Shown: one piece after another, positions 29,330-38,414 of the stretch
Numbering within the stretch: position 1 is the stretch's first letter
Layout of the letters: each line of letters starts with the position of its first letter
Assembly (NCBI GenBank): GCA_032250835.1
Contig: JAVVEA010000006.1
Location: 64,001-128,000, forward strand
Reading direction: 5' to 3'
Source: a bacterium
Lineage (GTDB): Bacteria > SAR324 > XYD2-FULL-50-16
DNA: 64,000 nt
Translations under genes and position numbers: made by a program
The notes under the pieces: generated by a model
What the model saw: only the letters and a program-made list of their open reading frames with translations
Told to the model about the DNA's origin: nothing
Databases searched by the model: none

Positions 29330-30380
29330 AGCCCAGGCGCTCTGCCGCTGGTTTGACCAAACCCAACGTCCGCTGCCCTGGCGGGCCGAATATGCCCCCT
29401 ATCAGGTCTGGATTAGCGAGATCATGGCCCAGCAGACCCGCATGGACCAGCTGATTCCCTATTACTTGCGGTGGATGAAAGCGCTGCCCGACATAGCCGC
29501 CCTGGCGGAGGTGCCTGAAGACCAACTGCTTAAGCTTTGGGAGGGTTTGGGTTACTACAACCGGGCCCGCAACTTAAAGCTAGCCGCCCAAAAGGTGATG
29601 GCCCAGGGCGGCAAATTGCCCATGGGCCGCAAGGAGCTTTTGGACCTGCCGGGCATCGGCCCCTATACCGCCGGAGCGATTCTTTCGATTGCCTTTAACC
29701 AGCCCGAACCCTTGATCGACGGGAATATCGAGCGGGTCTTGGCGCGGCTCTTGGACCTGGATATAAACCCCAAGACCGCCGCCGGCAAGCGCTACTTTGA
29801 AGCCGAAGTGGCGGCCCTGATGCGCGGCTTTGAGCCCCGTAAAGTGGCCCAGGGGTTGATGGAGCTAGGCGCGCTGGTCTGCTCGCCCACTAACCCCAAC
29901 TGCGGCGAATGCCCCTGGGGCGGTGACTGCTTGGCCCGCCAAAAGGGAACCATCGAGGCCCGCCCAGTCCTGCCGCCGCGCCCTGAAGGGATCAAAGAAA
30001 AGCGCTTGGTCTTGGTTTTAGAAGAGTCCGGCCAGTTTTACCTGCTGCCCCAACCCAAGGGAGCCCGCTGGGGCGGTATGGAATTGTTTTTGATGCCCTT
30101 GGTTGAACGCTGGCCCCAAGCCGAGGGCCTAACCGCCCACCTCCCCGAAGGCGTCGCGTTAGCCGGAACGCCCCAATATCTAGGCGAATTCAGGTATACG
30201 GTCACCAAATACCGCGTCCAAGCCCAAGCCTGGCGTATCCCCATAGACCGCCGCCCCTCTGGTGGCCTCTGGCTGAGTCTAGAAGAACTAGAAGCCCGCG
30301 CCCTACCCCGGCCCGGCGTAAAGACCCGGGAGTTGTTGCGGGGTGCGCTTAAGCCCCGCAATGCTGTTGCTGCGCTATAG
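29310..30380 (+). CDS. mutY: A/G-specific adenine glycosylase
   Basis: WISEIMAQQT, WEGLGYY, HhH-GPD region, C-x6-C-x2-C-x5-C FeS motif. Confidence 0.93.
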   Translation: MNSPESKAQALCRWFDQTQRPLPWRAEYAPYQVWISEIMAQQTRMDQLIPYYLRWMKALPDIAALAEVPEDQLLKLWEGLGYYNRARNLKLAAQKVMAQGGKLPMGRKELLDLPGIGPYTAGAILSIAFNQPEPLIDGNIERVLARLLDLDINPKTAAGKRYFEAEVAALMRGFEPRKVAQGLMELGALVCSPTNPNCGECPWGGDCLARQKGTIEARPVLPPRPEGIKEKRLVLVLEESGQFYLLPQPKGARWGGMELFLMPLVERWPQAEGLTAHLPEGVALAGTPQYLGEFRYTVTKYRVQAQAWRIPIDRRPSGGLWLSLEELEARALPRPGVKTRELLRGALKPRNAVAAL

Positions 30381-30689
30381 GGGTATCGAGAGATTGTCGC
30401 GCATAACCTGGGCCCATTTCGGAGCGCCGGGAACCTAATTTCTTCACAATCATCTTAAAATCACAATTTATTTTGCGATTTTCTACATTGCGTTGCTTTG
30501 TCATTAGATTTTGAATTCTCTATTTATTGCGAAATTCATGGTTTCAAGGGCAGGCGACTCGAATCAAACACTATTTTTATCTCAGCAGCTTGACAATAAA
30601 ATATCCCTGTGAAATAAGATAACCGCCTGCGGGATGATTCGATTCCCATGGGTTTTTATTGTTTCATTTAACTTTTCAAAAGAGGAAAT

Positions 30690-30725
30690 ATGTACCCACC
30701 TGTGATTAAGCCTGAGGCTAAATAA
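30690..30725 (+). CDS. Putative 11-aa precursor peptide MYPPVIKPEAK
   Basis: AGAGGA RBS at 30681-30686, ATG 30690, TAA 30723-30725, followed by a perfect hairpin and three modifying enzymes. Confidence 0.5.
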   Translation: MYPPVIKPEAK

Positions 30726-30736
30726 ATAACCAATAG

Positions 30737-30764
30737 CGTTTAGAGGCAGTTCCGCCTCTAAACG
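30737..30764 (+). promoter_or_regulatory. Perfect 11-bp stem-loop between micro-ORF and oxygenase gene
   Basis: CGTTTAGAGGC-AGTTCC-GCCTCTAAACG; no long U-tract. Confidence 0.75.
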
Positions 30765-30788
30765 TCTTAATACATTAAAATTCGTGAA

Positions 30789-31406
30789 ATGAACAAGTTG
30801 TATGCAGATTTGCAGCACAGGTTCGATGCCGCTGGTTTTTTGATATTGAAGGGTTCCGAGTTTTATTCCGACGCCCAATGGGAAATTATTGACGGCTATT
30901 CAAATCAAGTCAGCTACGAATCAGTCCAGAAGGGGCTGCAGAAAGACTCCGAATACGCGGCACATGTTGGCCGTATTGTCCTTGATGGGCCCACACCATC
31001 GGGAGAATACCTTCAGATCAACGAACCCGAAAACCTAGCCGATTGCAGCACAGAGCTTTTATGGACGATACTCAATCCTCGAGTACTCGCCGTTACCAGC
31101 GCCATTGCCTCCATTGACATCCCCAAGGTTCAAAGGTGCCAATACAACCTATTGAGATCTGGGGACCATATCGGAAAACATATCGATGCGCTGCACGGTA
31201 TTCCCTATGACCTTACCTTTGTACTCGGTCTAGAAGGAGACTACCAAGGTGGGATTTTTCAGCTTTATGGCCAAACCAACAGTGAGGTCTTTTTCCATAA
31301 AATTTCAGAAAAAGACCTAATAATTTTTAAAAGCCCTTTGCTGCATTCTGTTACCAAAGTATCAAGCGGCAAGAGGAAAACTCTTTGCTTATTTTTGAAA
31401 AAATAA
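30789..31406 (+). CDS. 2OG-Fe(II) oxygenase (prolyl-4-hydroxylase-like)
   Basis: HID...YQGG...LHSVTKVSSGKRKTL: HxD...H triad and 2OG-binding Arg. Confidence 0.88.
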   Translation: MNKLYADLQHRFDAAGFLILKGSEFYSDAQWEIIDGYSNQVSYESVQKGLQKDSEYAAHVGRIVLDGPTPSGEYLQINEPENLADCSTELLWTILNPRVLAVTSAIASIDIPKVQRCQYNLLRSGDHIGKHIDALHGIPYDLTFVLGLEGDYQGGIFQLYGQTNSEVFFHKISEKDLIIFKSPLLHSVTKVSSGKRKTLCLFLKK

Positions 31407-31422
31407 ACTGTACGAGGAACCC

Positions 31423-32757
31423 TTGGACTTTATAATTTTTGTTCCCTTCCCTGACTATTGCTTTAGTCAAGACCCCCCTTGTTTAGGCGCCGGAAGTATC
31501 TCTGGTTATTTGAGCAGCAAAGGCTATGAAGCTTCCGTGGTGCCGGTGACTAGTGCAGACCTCCCCAATATTTCTCAAAATCAATGTGATATTATCGGGA
31601 TCAGTATTCTTGAGGATTCTTGGGAACTGGCGCAAAATATCGCCGCAATTTATCAAGCTCAAGGTAGCAAGGTAATCGCAGGCGGCGTATTCACCTCAGT
31701 TTGCCCAGAGGAGGTACTGCAAAGCGGTCTTTTTGATGCAGTCTGTATTGGAGATGGGGAATTAATCGCTCAAGTGTTCATTGAGCAAATTATGTCTGGC
31801 AGGCACGAGAACCTTAAAGGTTTGGTCTGGAACGATAAATATTTGGTTTCTGAGGCTCAGGATTTTTCCTACAACATACAAGAGGATCTTTCGTTATTCC
31901 AAAGTTCGGATTTTGGCTACAAATCATTTTTACCCATTAGTTCCTATTCAGATACTTCTCGAGTCATCTTAACGCCCCCTTCAGGCGACGAAACCGGTGC
32001 GACCTGCGAATTTATGTTTTCGCGGGGCTGTGGTTATCGTTGTACCTATTGTCACAACTCAAATGAGGCGGTTCAAGACGTTCAATGGCTTCGATTTTAC
32101 GACCTACGTTGCGTTATTGCTGATATTGAAAGAATCCACCAACAACACAATTTGAGTAGAATTTGCATCTTAGACGATGATATTATTTCAAATTATCCCT
32201 ATTTCCGGCAGTTTGTTGAACTCTATTCTAGCCGGATTCATCTCCCCTATAGAGCATTTACTCGACCAGAAAAAATCAATGCCAGAACCGTAAAAATGCT
32301 CAAGGACTCGGGGTGCTATTTGATTTCCATGGGTCTGGAATCAGCAAATCAAATGATCCGGGAGAAGGTGTTAAACCGGAAGATGTCTACCGAGCGCATA
32401 GCAAAAGCAATGCGGTTGTGCCGTGAAAATGGAATCCAAACGATCATCAACGTAATGATCGGCATTCCAGGTGAAACTGAAGAAGAGATTGAAGAGACGA
32501 TTTCTTTTTTAGAAGAGAATCGACCTGATTTTGTGTTTGCTTCCATATTCACTCCCTATAGGGGAACGAAAATCTACAATATTTGCAAAGAAGCGGGCTG
32601 GGATTTGCGAGCTTCAAATACCGGAGGAGTGCAGTACGGGAGCTCAAAAAATCCCTACTTTGTAGGCAAAGAATCTTATTTGCGGGCCTCTCTTCAGCGG
32701 TTGCAACAGCTTTCGCAAGTTCAGCCAATGGTAAGTAGCTGCAAAAGCATAAAGTAA
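31423..32757 (+). CDS. Cobalamin-dependent radical SAM enzyme
   Basis: N-terminal B12-binding-like domain (IIGIS, IAGGVF, IGDGE); SRGCGYRCTYC motif; MGLES, MIGIPGET. Confidence 0.92.
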   Translation: MDFIIFVPFPDYCFSQDPPCLGAGSISGYLSSKGYEASVVPVTSADLPNISQNQCDIIGISILEDSWELAQNIAAIYQAQGSKVIAGGVFTSVCPEEVLQSGLFDAVCIGDGELIAQVFIEQIMSGRHENLKGLVWNDKYLVSEAQDFSYNIQEDLSLFQSSDFGYKSFLPISSYSDTSRVILTPPSGDETGATCEFMFSRGCGYRCTYCHNSNEAVQDVQWLRFYDLRCVIADIERIHQQHNLSRICILDDDIISNYPYFRQFVELYSSRIHLPYRAFTRPEKINARTVKMLKDSGCYLISMGLESANQMIREKVLNRKMSTERIAKAMRLCRENGIQTIINVMIGIPGETEEEIEETISFLEENRPDFVFASIFTPYRGTKIYNICKEAGWDLRASNTGGVQYGSSKNPYFVGKESYLRASLQRLQQLSQVQPMVSSCKSIK

Positions 32758-32881
32758 TCAGTTTGTTGGCTCATCTTGTTTGTATTGTGAAAGGAGCACC
32801 AAAAGAGCTATTGGCAAATTTGATAATGCGCCCAAAAACCCATATTATACGGAATCAAAACACCTGTCGGAGCGGTTTCCA

Positions 32882-33622
32882 ATGAATACTTTGGAGTATA
32901 TATCCTTGAATGAAAGTGACACCATTGATGGTTATCAGTTTTACCAGAACTCGTTGGCGGCCGCCAATTGGGGGGAGGAGTTTGTGTGGTCGGGCGATGA
33001 ACAACTGCCCGAGGAGTTGTTGCAATTTAGCATCGAAGTGGCAAGCCAGTCTTTTTATGCCGAACAGCTAGGAATGCTTGGGGCCATCAGGTTGACCGAG
33101 CGCTGTCAGGACGTGGGCATGCGCATGCATTTGGCCAGCGCGATCATGGACGAAGCCCGCCACACAAAAGTGTTTTTTGACTATCTTAAAAGTAAAAAAT
33201 CGACGCCCCAGCCCCCCGCAACACACTGGAATGAGATTAATGGGGAAATGGGCTCCGGCAAATCTCATTTGTACGGGTTTTATGCTCATACCATGCTTGA
33301 AAACCAAGCCCTTGTCTCCTTTGAATTGTTGCAAAACATATTTTTTCCATTTGATTTAGGCAGTGTGTACAAAAAGGTGAAAAATGACGAGGCACGGCAC
33401 GTAAAAATGGGGATCGAGTTTATCCAGAAACTCTCCTTGGAAACTCCAAAGCCAAGAGAAACCCTGGTACAAATACATGGAGAGGTTATGGAAAATTGCG
33501 GAATTAGTGACGAGGCCTGTCGATACTACGCCAAATATTCAGAGCTAAGTGATGCGCAAATTAAAGAGAAATTCGTGCACCGTCAGTCTTCAATGCTTAA
33601 AGCTGTAACCGGTCTCCCCTAA
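32882..33622 (+). CDS. Ferritin-like di-iron oxidase/oxygenase
   Basis: YAE...DEARH...LE...DEARH paired ExxH ligands; GGAG RBS before ATG 32882. Confidence 0.85.
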   Translation: MNTLEYISLNESDTIDGYQFYQNSLAAANWGEEFVWSGDEQLPEELLQFSIEVASQSFYAEQLGMLGAIRLTERCQDVGMRMHLASAIMDEARHTKVFFDYLKSKKSTPQPPATHWNEINGEMGSGKSHLYGFYAHTMLENQALVSFELLQNIFFPFDLGSVYKKVKNDEARHVKMGIEFIQKLSLETPKPRETLVQIHGEVMENCGISDEACRYYAKYSELSDAQIKEKFVHRQSSMLKAVTGLP

Positions 33623-34093
33623 ATTTCGGTGACAATCGTTGGGAACCGCATGGTGCTCCATCTGGCTCTCATCGCAAAACCTATCCGATGTGGGGTCCCG
33701 AGAAAGGGCAAAATGTAGTTTGCGCTGGGTCCTTAGTTAGGTGTACCCTGCTGCAAAAATAAAAGTCTGTGCGGTTCTGGAGGACTCGAAGTTATCTGAG
33801 TTGCCCGGAATGATTTGGGCGGTTCCTGTGGATCTTAAGGCCCTGAAGTTAAAGGAGGTTGTGCGGGTGAAGGACGAGTAACCCAGCCTATAGCCGGTCA
33901 GGCCGATTTTCTCAAATGGCGCGGACGAACCCGAAGGCGGCATCCAATTCGCATTCATCCTCGCGGCCAGCAAAACCGCCCCCACCTTGCAGCCTGAGAC
34001 CGGCACTTCTCCTGGGCTGGTATTAGTGGGGGAAGTCGAATTAGCGGAGAGGATGTCCTTTACTGCTTGCGGTTAGGTGTCTAAAAGCAGTCG

Positions 34094-34366
34094 CTACAAT
34101 TCCTGCCCGGTCACATGCTTGTGCAAAATCATGCTGATGTATGTTTGGTAGCCGAGGCCTGCGCGAGCGGCCTTGGCCTTGATCGCTTCTAGGTCGTTTG
34201 GGGCCAGGCGGAGATTGACTTTGGCGGACTTCTTTAGGGCTTCGGTGGCTAGCTTCTTCCAAGTGGCCTTTGAAAATTGAGGGTCCGAAACCCATTCTTC
34301 GGTTTCAAGGGATTCCATCAGTTCCGCTTCTTCGGCGTCGAAGGGCTTTTGATTGGTGTCACTCAT
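34094..34366 (-). CDS. BrnA/CopG-like antitoxin
   Basis: VNLRL...DLEAIKAKA...GLGYQTYI RHH-type C-terminus. Confidence 0.88.
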   Translation of the reverse strand: MSDTNQKPFDAEEAELMESLETEEWVSDPQFSKATWKKLATEALKKSAKVNLRLAPNDLEAIKAKAARAGLGYQTYISMILHKHVTGQEL

Positions 34367-34629
34367 TCTTTAAACCTCTGGTTGTACTTTCGGCTTTTAA
34401 AGGCGGTCTTCAGGAAAATCCCCTGGCCGTCTTTTACGTAGGGCACGGCCCACACGTAGTTTTGACACCAAACCAGCAGAATACGCTGATGGTCCTTGGT
34501 AGGATGTTTGATGTCATCTATGGCCGCGTCCAATTGGACTGCTTGGGCTAATTCCTCAAAGGAAATCCCTCGTTCGGCGATCAACCACTCGTTTTTGTCT
34601 TCAGCCCATCGTAGGCAATCGTAGTCCAT
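34363..34629 (-). CDS. BrnT-like toxin
   Basis: W..DKNEWL..ERGISFEE...VPYV...IFLKTAFKSRK; overlaps antitoxin start. Confidence 0.88.
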   Translation of the reverse strand: MDYDCLRWAEDKNEWLIAERGISFEELAQAVQLDAAIDDIKHPTKDHQRILLVWCQNYVWAVPYVKDGQGIFLKTAFKSRKYNQRFKE

Positions 34630-34635
34630 GCCTAA

Positions 34636-34664
34636 ATCGTAGGACAAAAGATAGACATTATCAA
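34636..34664 (-). promoter_or_regulatory. Sigma70 promoter of TA operon (probably leaderless)
   Basis: TTGATA-17nt-TACGAT, 6 nt upstream of the toxin ATG. Confidence 0.65.
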
Positions 34665-34911
34665 GTGGAAACCTAGAGCCCATGTCAGGCGAGTGTCCCA
34701 AAGTCTACTCGCTCAATTCGTTTGCCCCTTGCCCAGAGTTCCCGCCCAAAAGCCGCAGCCTTGCTCGATTTCTTCAGGGTTGCGCCACCCGCAACCTGAC
34801 CCCCTTACCCGAGCCCCCACCAAACCCCAAAAAGGGTTGTCAAGCCCGGCGGGTTCTGGTATCAAGGTGGATACTCAAGCCAACAATAACCCTCCTCACC
34901 TCTTAGGCCCC

Positions 34912-36150
34912 ATGAAGTTACAGGTCGTCAAGGGAATGCGCGATTTGAGCGGTCCCGAGGCACGCGCTTTCAGTTATTTGGAAGCCGAAGCCCGGCGTAT
35001 CTTTGGGCTTTATGGCTTTGAAGAGCTGCGTACGCCGCTGATGGAGTTCGTGGAACTCTTCACCAAGGGCATCGGCGAAGAGACGGATATTGTGGGCAAG
35101 GAAATGTATCTGCTCGAAGACCGCAAGGGGCAGAAGCTGGCCCTGCGGCCCGAAGGCACCGCTTCGGTGGTGCGGCATGTGGCGGTTTCGCAGGTGCTCA
35201 AACAAAAGAAGCAGGCCAAGTATTTTTACATGGGCCCCATGTTCCGTTACGAACGCCCCCAAAAGGGCCGCTTCCGCCAGTTCCACCAGATTGGGGTGGA
35301 ATCCTTCGGCGTTGAAGGGCCCGATGCGGACCTGGAAATGTTCTTGATGCTGCGCCAATACTTTGCGGCCATCGAACTGACCGACGTGAGCTTCCAGATC
35401 AACAGCATCGGCTGCCAAGACCCTGGCTGCCGCCCGACCTTCAAACAGAAGCTGGTTGAGTACCTAAGCGCGCATAAAGAAGCGCTTTGCGAGGACTGCA
35501 ACCGGCGCATGGAAACCAATCCCTTACGGGTCTTAGACTGCAAGGTGCCCGGCTGCATAGAAGTGACCCAGTCGGCCCCCAAGGCTATCGACTGGCTATG
35601 CGAGCCCTGTGACAGCCACTTTAAGGAATTGACGGCGCTGCTCGAAGACAACGGCATCCAATTTGAATTAAACCACCGGCTGGTTCGGGGTTTGGATTAT
35701 TATTCGCGCACCGTTTTTGAGGTCTATTCGGCCAACCTGGGGGCCCAAAGTGCGGCCGGAGGTGGCGGGCGTTTTGATGGGCTCTTTGAGCAATATGGTC
35801 AAGAATCGGTGCCCAGTATCGGTTTTGCGCTGGGCCTCGACCGCTTGGCGCTGCTCGCACCCGAGCCGCCCGCCGGGGAGGCACCGGTTTTTGTGATTGG
35901 CTTTGAGCGGGCCGCTACGGTAAAATTAGTGGCCGCCGTAAGAAATGCCGGTAAGGGCTGTTTTTATGATCCGGGATTTGCTAGCATGAAAAGTCAGTTC
36001 AAGCAGGCCGACAAGGCAGGGGCCCGGTTTGTGATGATTTTAGGCGAAGAAGAGGTTAAGTCGGGCCAAGTGGCCTTAAAGGATTTGTCTACCGGTGAAC
36101 AGGATCGGGTGGACATAGCAACGGCCCTGGCAAGGGTAACGGAGGCTTAA
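34912..36150 (+). CDS. hisS: Histidine--tRNA ligase
   Basis: LRPEGTA, FRYERPQKGRFRQFHQ, LVRGLDYY. Confidence 0.97.
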   Translation: MKLQVVKGMRDLSGPEARAFSYLEAEARRIFGLYGFEELRTPLMEFVELFTKGIGEETDIVGKEMYLLEDRKGQKLALRPEGTASVVRHVAVSQVLKQKKQAKYFYMGPMFRYERPQKGRFRQFHQIGVESFGVEGPDADLEMFLMLRQYFAAIELTDVSFQINSIGCQDPGCRPTFKQKLVEYLSAHKEALCEDCNRRMETNPLRVLDCKVPGCIEVTQSAPKAIDWLCEPCDSHFKELTALLEDNGIQFELNHRLVRGLDYYSRTVFEVYSANLGAQSAAGGGGRFDGLFEQYGQESVPSIGFALGLDRLALLAPEPPAGEAPVFVIGFERAATVKLVAAVRNAGKGCFYDPGFASMKSQFKQADKAGARFVMILGEEEVKSGQVALKDLSTGEQDRVDIATALARVTEA

Positions 36151-37467
36151 ATGAAATTGGGCGTACTCAGTTCCAACTACAAACATACCGCCGTCGAAGT
36201 CCGCGAACAATTGGCGGTGCCTCAAGATCAGGTCAAAGACCTCATCGCCTACCTCAAGCGGGCCGCTGGGCTCAACGAGGTGATGGTGCTTTCCACCTGC
36301 AACCGCGTGGAAATCTACTTTGAGGCCGACAACCCGATCAAGGTGATCGACATTGTCGAGCAGTCCTTTTTCGACTTCTTAAGCCTCGATCCGGGCTTGG
36401 AGACGGGCGTGCACATGAGCCGCGCCTTGGGGCGCGATGCCTTGGAACATATCTACCGGGTGACTTCCTCTTTAGAATCCATGGTCATCGGCGAGCCGCA
36501 GATTACCGGCCAAGTCAAAGATTTCTTCCACCTCAGCGTGGAAGCCGGGGGCTGTGGGTTTACGCTCAATCAGGTCTTCAACCGCGCCTTGATGACCGCC
36601 AAGCGGGTCCGCAACGAAACCCAAATCGCCAAGTACGCCGTTTCCATCAGCTTCGCGGCGGTAGAACTAGCCAAGCGCATCTTCGACGACCTCTCGGACA
36701 AAACCATCTTGATCATCGGTGCCGGAGAGATGGCCGAATTGGCGGTGGCCAACCTGCTTAAGGCGGGATGCTCGCACGTTCTGGTCACCAACCGGACCTT
36801 CAGCCGCGCGGTCAGTCTGGCCGAACAGTTCAACGGCTCGGCGGTGCGCTTTGAGCAGATGGACAAAAACCTAGAGGCCGCCGACATTGTGATCAGCTCC
36901 ACCGGGGCCAAGGGTTTTATCTTAAAGCCCGATATGGTTTCCAAGGCGATCAAGAAGCGCAAACAGCGCCCCATGTTCTTGATCGACATCGCCGTTCCGC
37001 GCGACATCGACCCCGAAATCAACGAGGTGAACGGTGCCTTTGTCTACGACATCGACGACCTGCAAAACGTGGTGGATGCCAACCTGAAAGAGCGCGAAAA
37101 AGAAGCGGCCCGCGCCCAGGTGATCATCGAAGAAGAACTGAACCGTACCGACGAATGGCGGGCGACCCTAGACGTGGTCCCGACCATCAAAAACCTGCGC
37201 GACAGCATCTTGGCATTGGCCCAAGAGGAGCTTGATAAGGCTTTTGCCCAGATGGGCGAGCTTTCGGACAAGCAAGAACGCGCCCTGCGCGGAGCCCTAA
37301 ACGGCTTGGCCTATAAAGTTTTGCACCAACCGACGGTGATGCTCAAACAAGCCGCCAAGGAATCGACCCAAAAGGGGCAGGAATTCTCGGGGGTGCTCAA
37401 CGAACTCTTTAATCTCCAGCCCACCGAAGAGCAGCAAAGCCCCAAAAAGGTGCTGCAGCTAAAATAA
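36151..37467 (+). CDS. hemA: Glutamyl-tRNA reductase
   Basis: LSTCNRVE, GEPQI, GAGEM, DIAVPRD. Confidence 0.97.
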   Translation: MKLGVLSSNYKHTAVEVREQLAVPQDQVKDLIAYLKRAAGLNEVMVLSTCNRVEIYFEADNPIKVIDIVEQSFFDFLSLDPGLETGVHMSRALGRDALEHIYRVTSSLESMVIGEPQITGQVKDFFHLSVEAGGCGFTLNQVFNRALMTAKRVRNETQIAKYAVSISFAAVELAKRIFDDLSDKTILIIGAGEMAELAVANLLKAGCSHVLVTNRTFSRAVSLAEQFNGSAVRFEQMDKNLEAADIVISSTGAKGFILKPDMVSKAIKKRKQRPMFLIDIAVPRDIDPEINEVNGAFVYDIDDLQNVVDANLKEREKEAARAQVIIEEELNRTDEWRATLDVVPTIKNLRDSILALAQEELDKAFAQMGELSDKQERALRGALNGLAYKVLHQPTVMLKQAAKESTQKGQEFSGVLNELFNLQPTEEQQSPKKVLQLK

Positions 37468-37471
37468 TCTT

Positions 37472-38407
37472 ATGAAAAAGTTGCTGACCATTGCCACCCG
37501 CGACAGCCTTCTGGCGCTTTGGCAAGCCGAATGGGTCAAGGCCCAGATCCTCAAGAATTTTCCGGGCGTCGAAGTCCGGCTAGAAAAAATCAAAACCCAG
37601 GGCGACAAAATCCTAGACACCCCGCTTTCGAAGATCGGCGGCAAGGGGTTGTTTGTCAAAGAACTGGAAGTGGCCATGCTCGAAGGCCGCGCCGATATTG
37701 CGGTGCATTCCATGAAAGACGTGCCCGCCGAACTACCCGAAGGGTTGGAAATTTCGGTGATCACCGAACGGGAAACGCCGGACGATGCCTTTGTCTCGAA
37801 CCGCTATAAAAGCTTTAAGGACCTGCCCCCAGGTGCGGTCTTGGGCACCAGTTCCCTGCGGCGCGGGGCCCAGGCCCTGGCGGCTAGGCCGGACCTGAAG
37901 GTAGAAAGCCTGCGCGGTAACGTGCAGACCCGGTTGCGCAAGCTCGACGAAAACCAATTTGACGGGATCATGCTGGCGGCGGCCGGTTTGGTCCGTTTGG
38001 AGTTACAAGAGCGCATTGCGGAGCTGATGGACCACCAGACCTGCCTACCGGCCCTGTGCCAGGGGATTGTGGGGATTGAGTCTCGGGTCGGTGATTTGGA
38101 AACTTTAGAACTGATCACCGCACTGCGCCACCAGCCGACCGAAGTGGTCACCGCCGCCGAGCGGGGCCTGCTCAAGCGGCTTAATGGCGGCTGCCAAGTG
38201 CCTTTTGCCGGTGAGGCGATTCTGCTCGATAATGGCCGGATCAAGATGGAAGCGCTGGTGGCCACACCAGACGGAACCCAGGTGATCCGCCTGCAAGATG
38301 AAGACGACCAAGCCAACGCCGCCCAATTGGGTCTGCGGTTGGCCGAAAGACTGCTGGAATCGGGGGCGCGCGAAATCCTCTCGGCCTTAGGGATCGAGAC
38401 GCACTAG
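37472..38407 (+). CDS. hemC: Porphobilinogen deaminase
   Basis: GKGLFVKELE, VHSMKD, GTSSLRR, GGCQVP. Confidence 0.97.
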   Translation: MKKLLTIATRDSLLALWQAEWVKAQILKNFPGVEVRLEKIKTQGDKILDTPLSKIGGKGLFVKELEVAMLEGRADIAVHSMKDVPAELPEGLEISVITERETPDDAFVSNRYKSFKDLPPGAVLGTSSLRRGAQALAARPDLKVESLRGNVQTRLRKLDENQFDGIMLAAAGLVRLELQERIAELMDHQTCLPALCQGIVGIESRVGDLETLELITALRHQPTEVVTAAERGLLKRLNGGCQVPFAGEAILLDNGRIKMEALVATPDGTQVIRLQDEDDQANAAQLGLRLAERLLESGAREILSALGIETH

Positions 38408-38414
38408 GAGCTTT

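Larger units (their letters stand above)
30420..34670. other. AT-rich accessory insert between mutY and hisS
   Basis: Spot GC count 23/60 at 32101-32160 versus 31/60 and 37/60 in two core-gene lines; biosynthetic enzymes plus TA pair; no integrase seen. Confidence 0.75.

Noticed and set aside
30634-30705. Alternative 23-aa ORF MIRFPWVFIVSFNFSKEEICTHL (and a 24-aa ORF from 30538) as precursor candidates
   Set aside because: No convincing SD sequence; the 30690 ORF has the better RBS and ends just before the hairpin. Not fully excluded.
33737-34006. 89-aa minus-strand ORF in the island
   Set aside because: No good start, RBS or recognisable domain; at most a decayed outer-membrane protein fragment.
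34693-34911. N-terminal extension of HisS and a hairpin near 34774-34799 as a T-box or attenuator
   Set aside because: Homology begins at MKLQVVKG (34912); I saw no T-box consensus or His-rich leader peptide.
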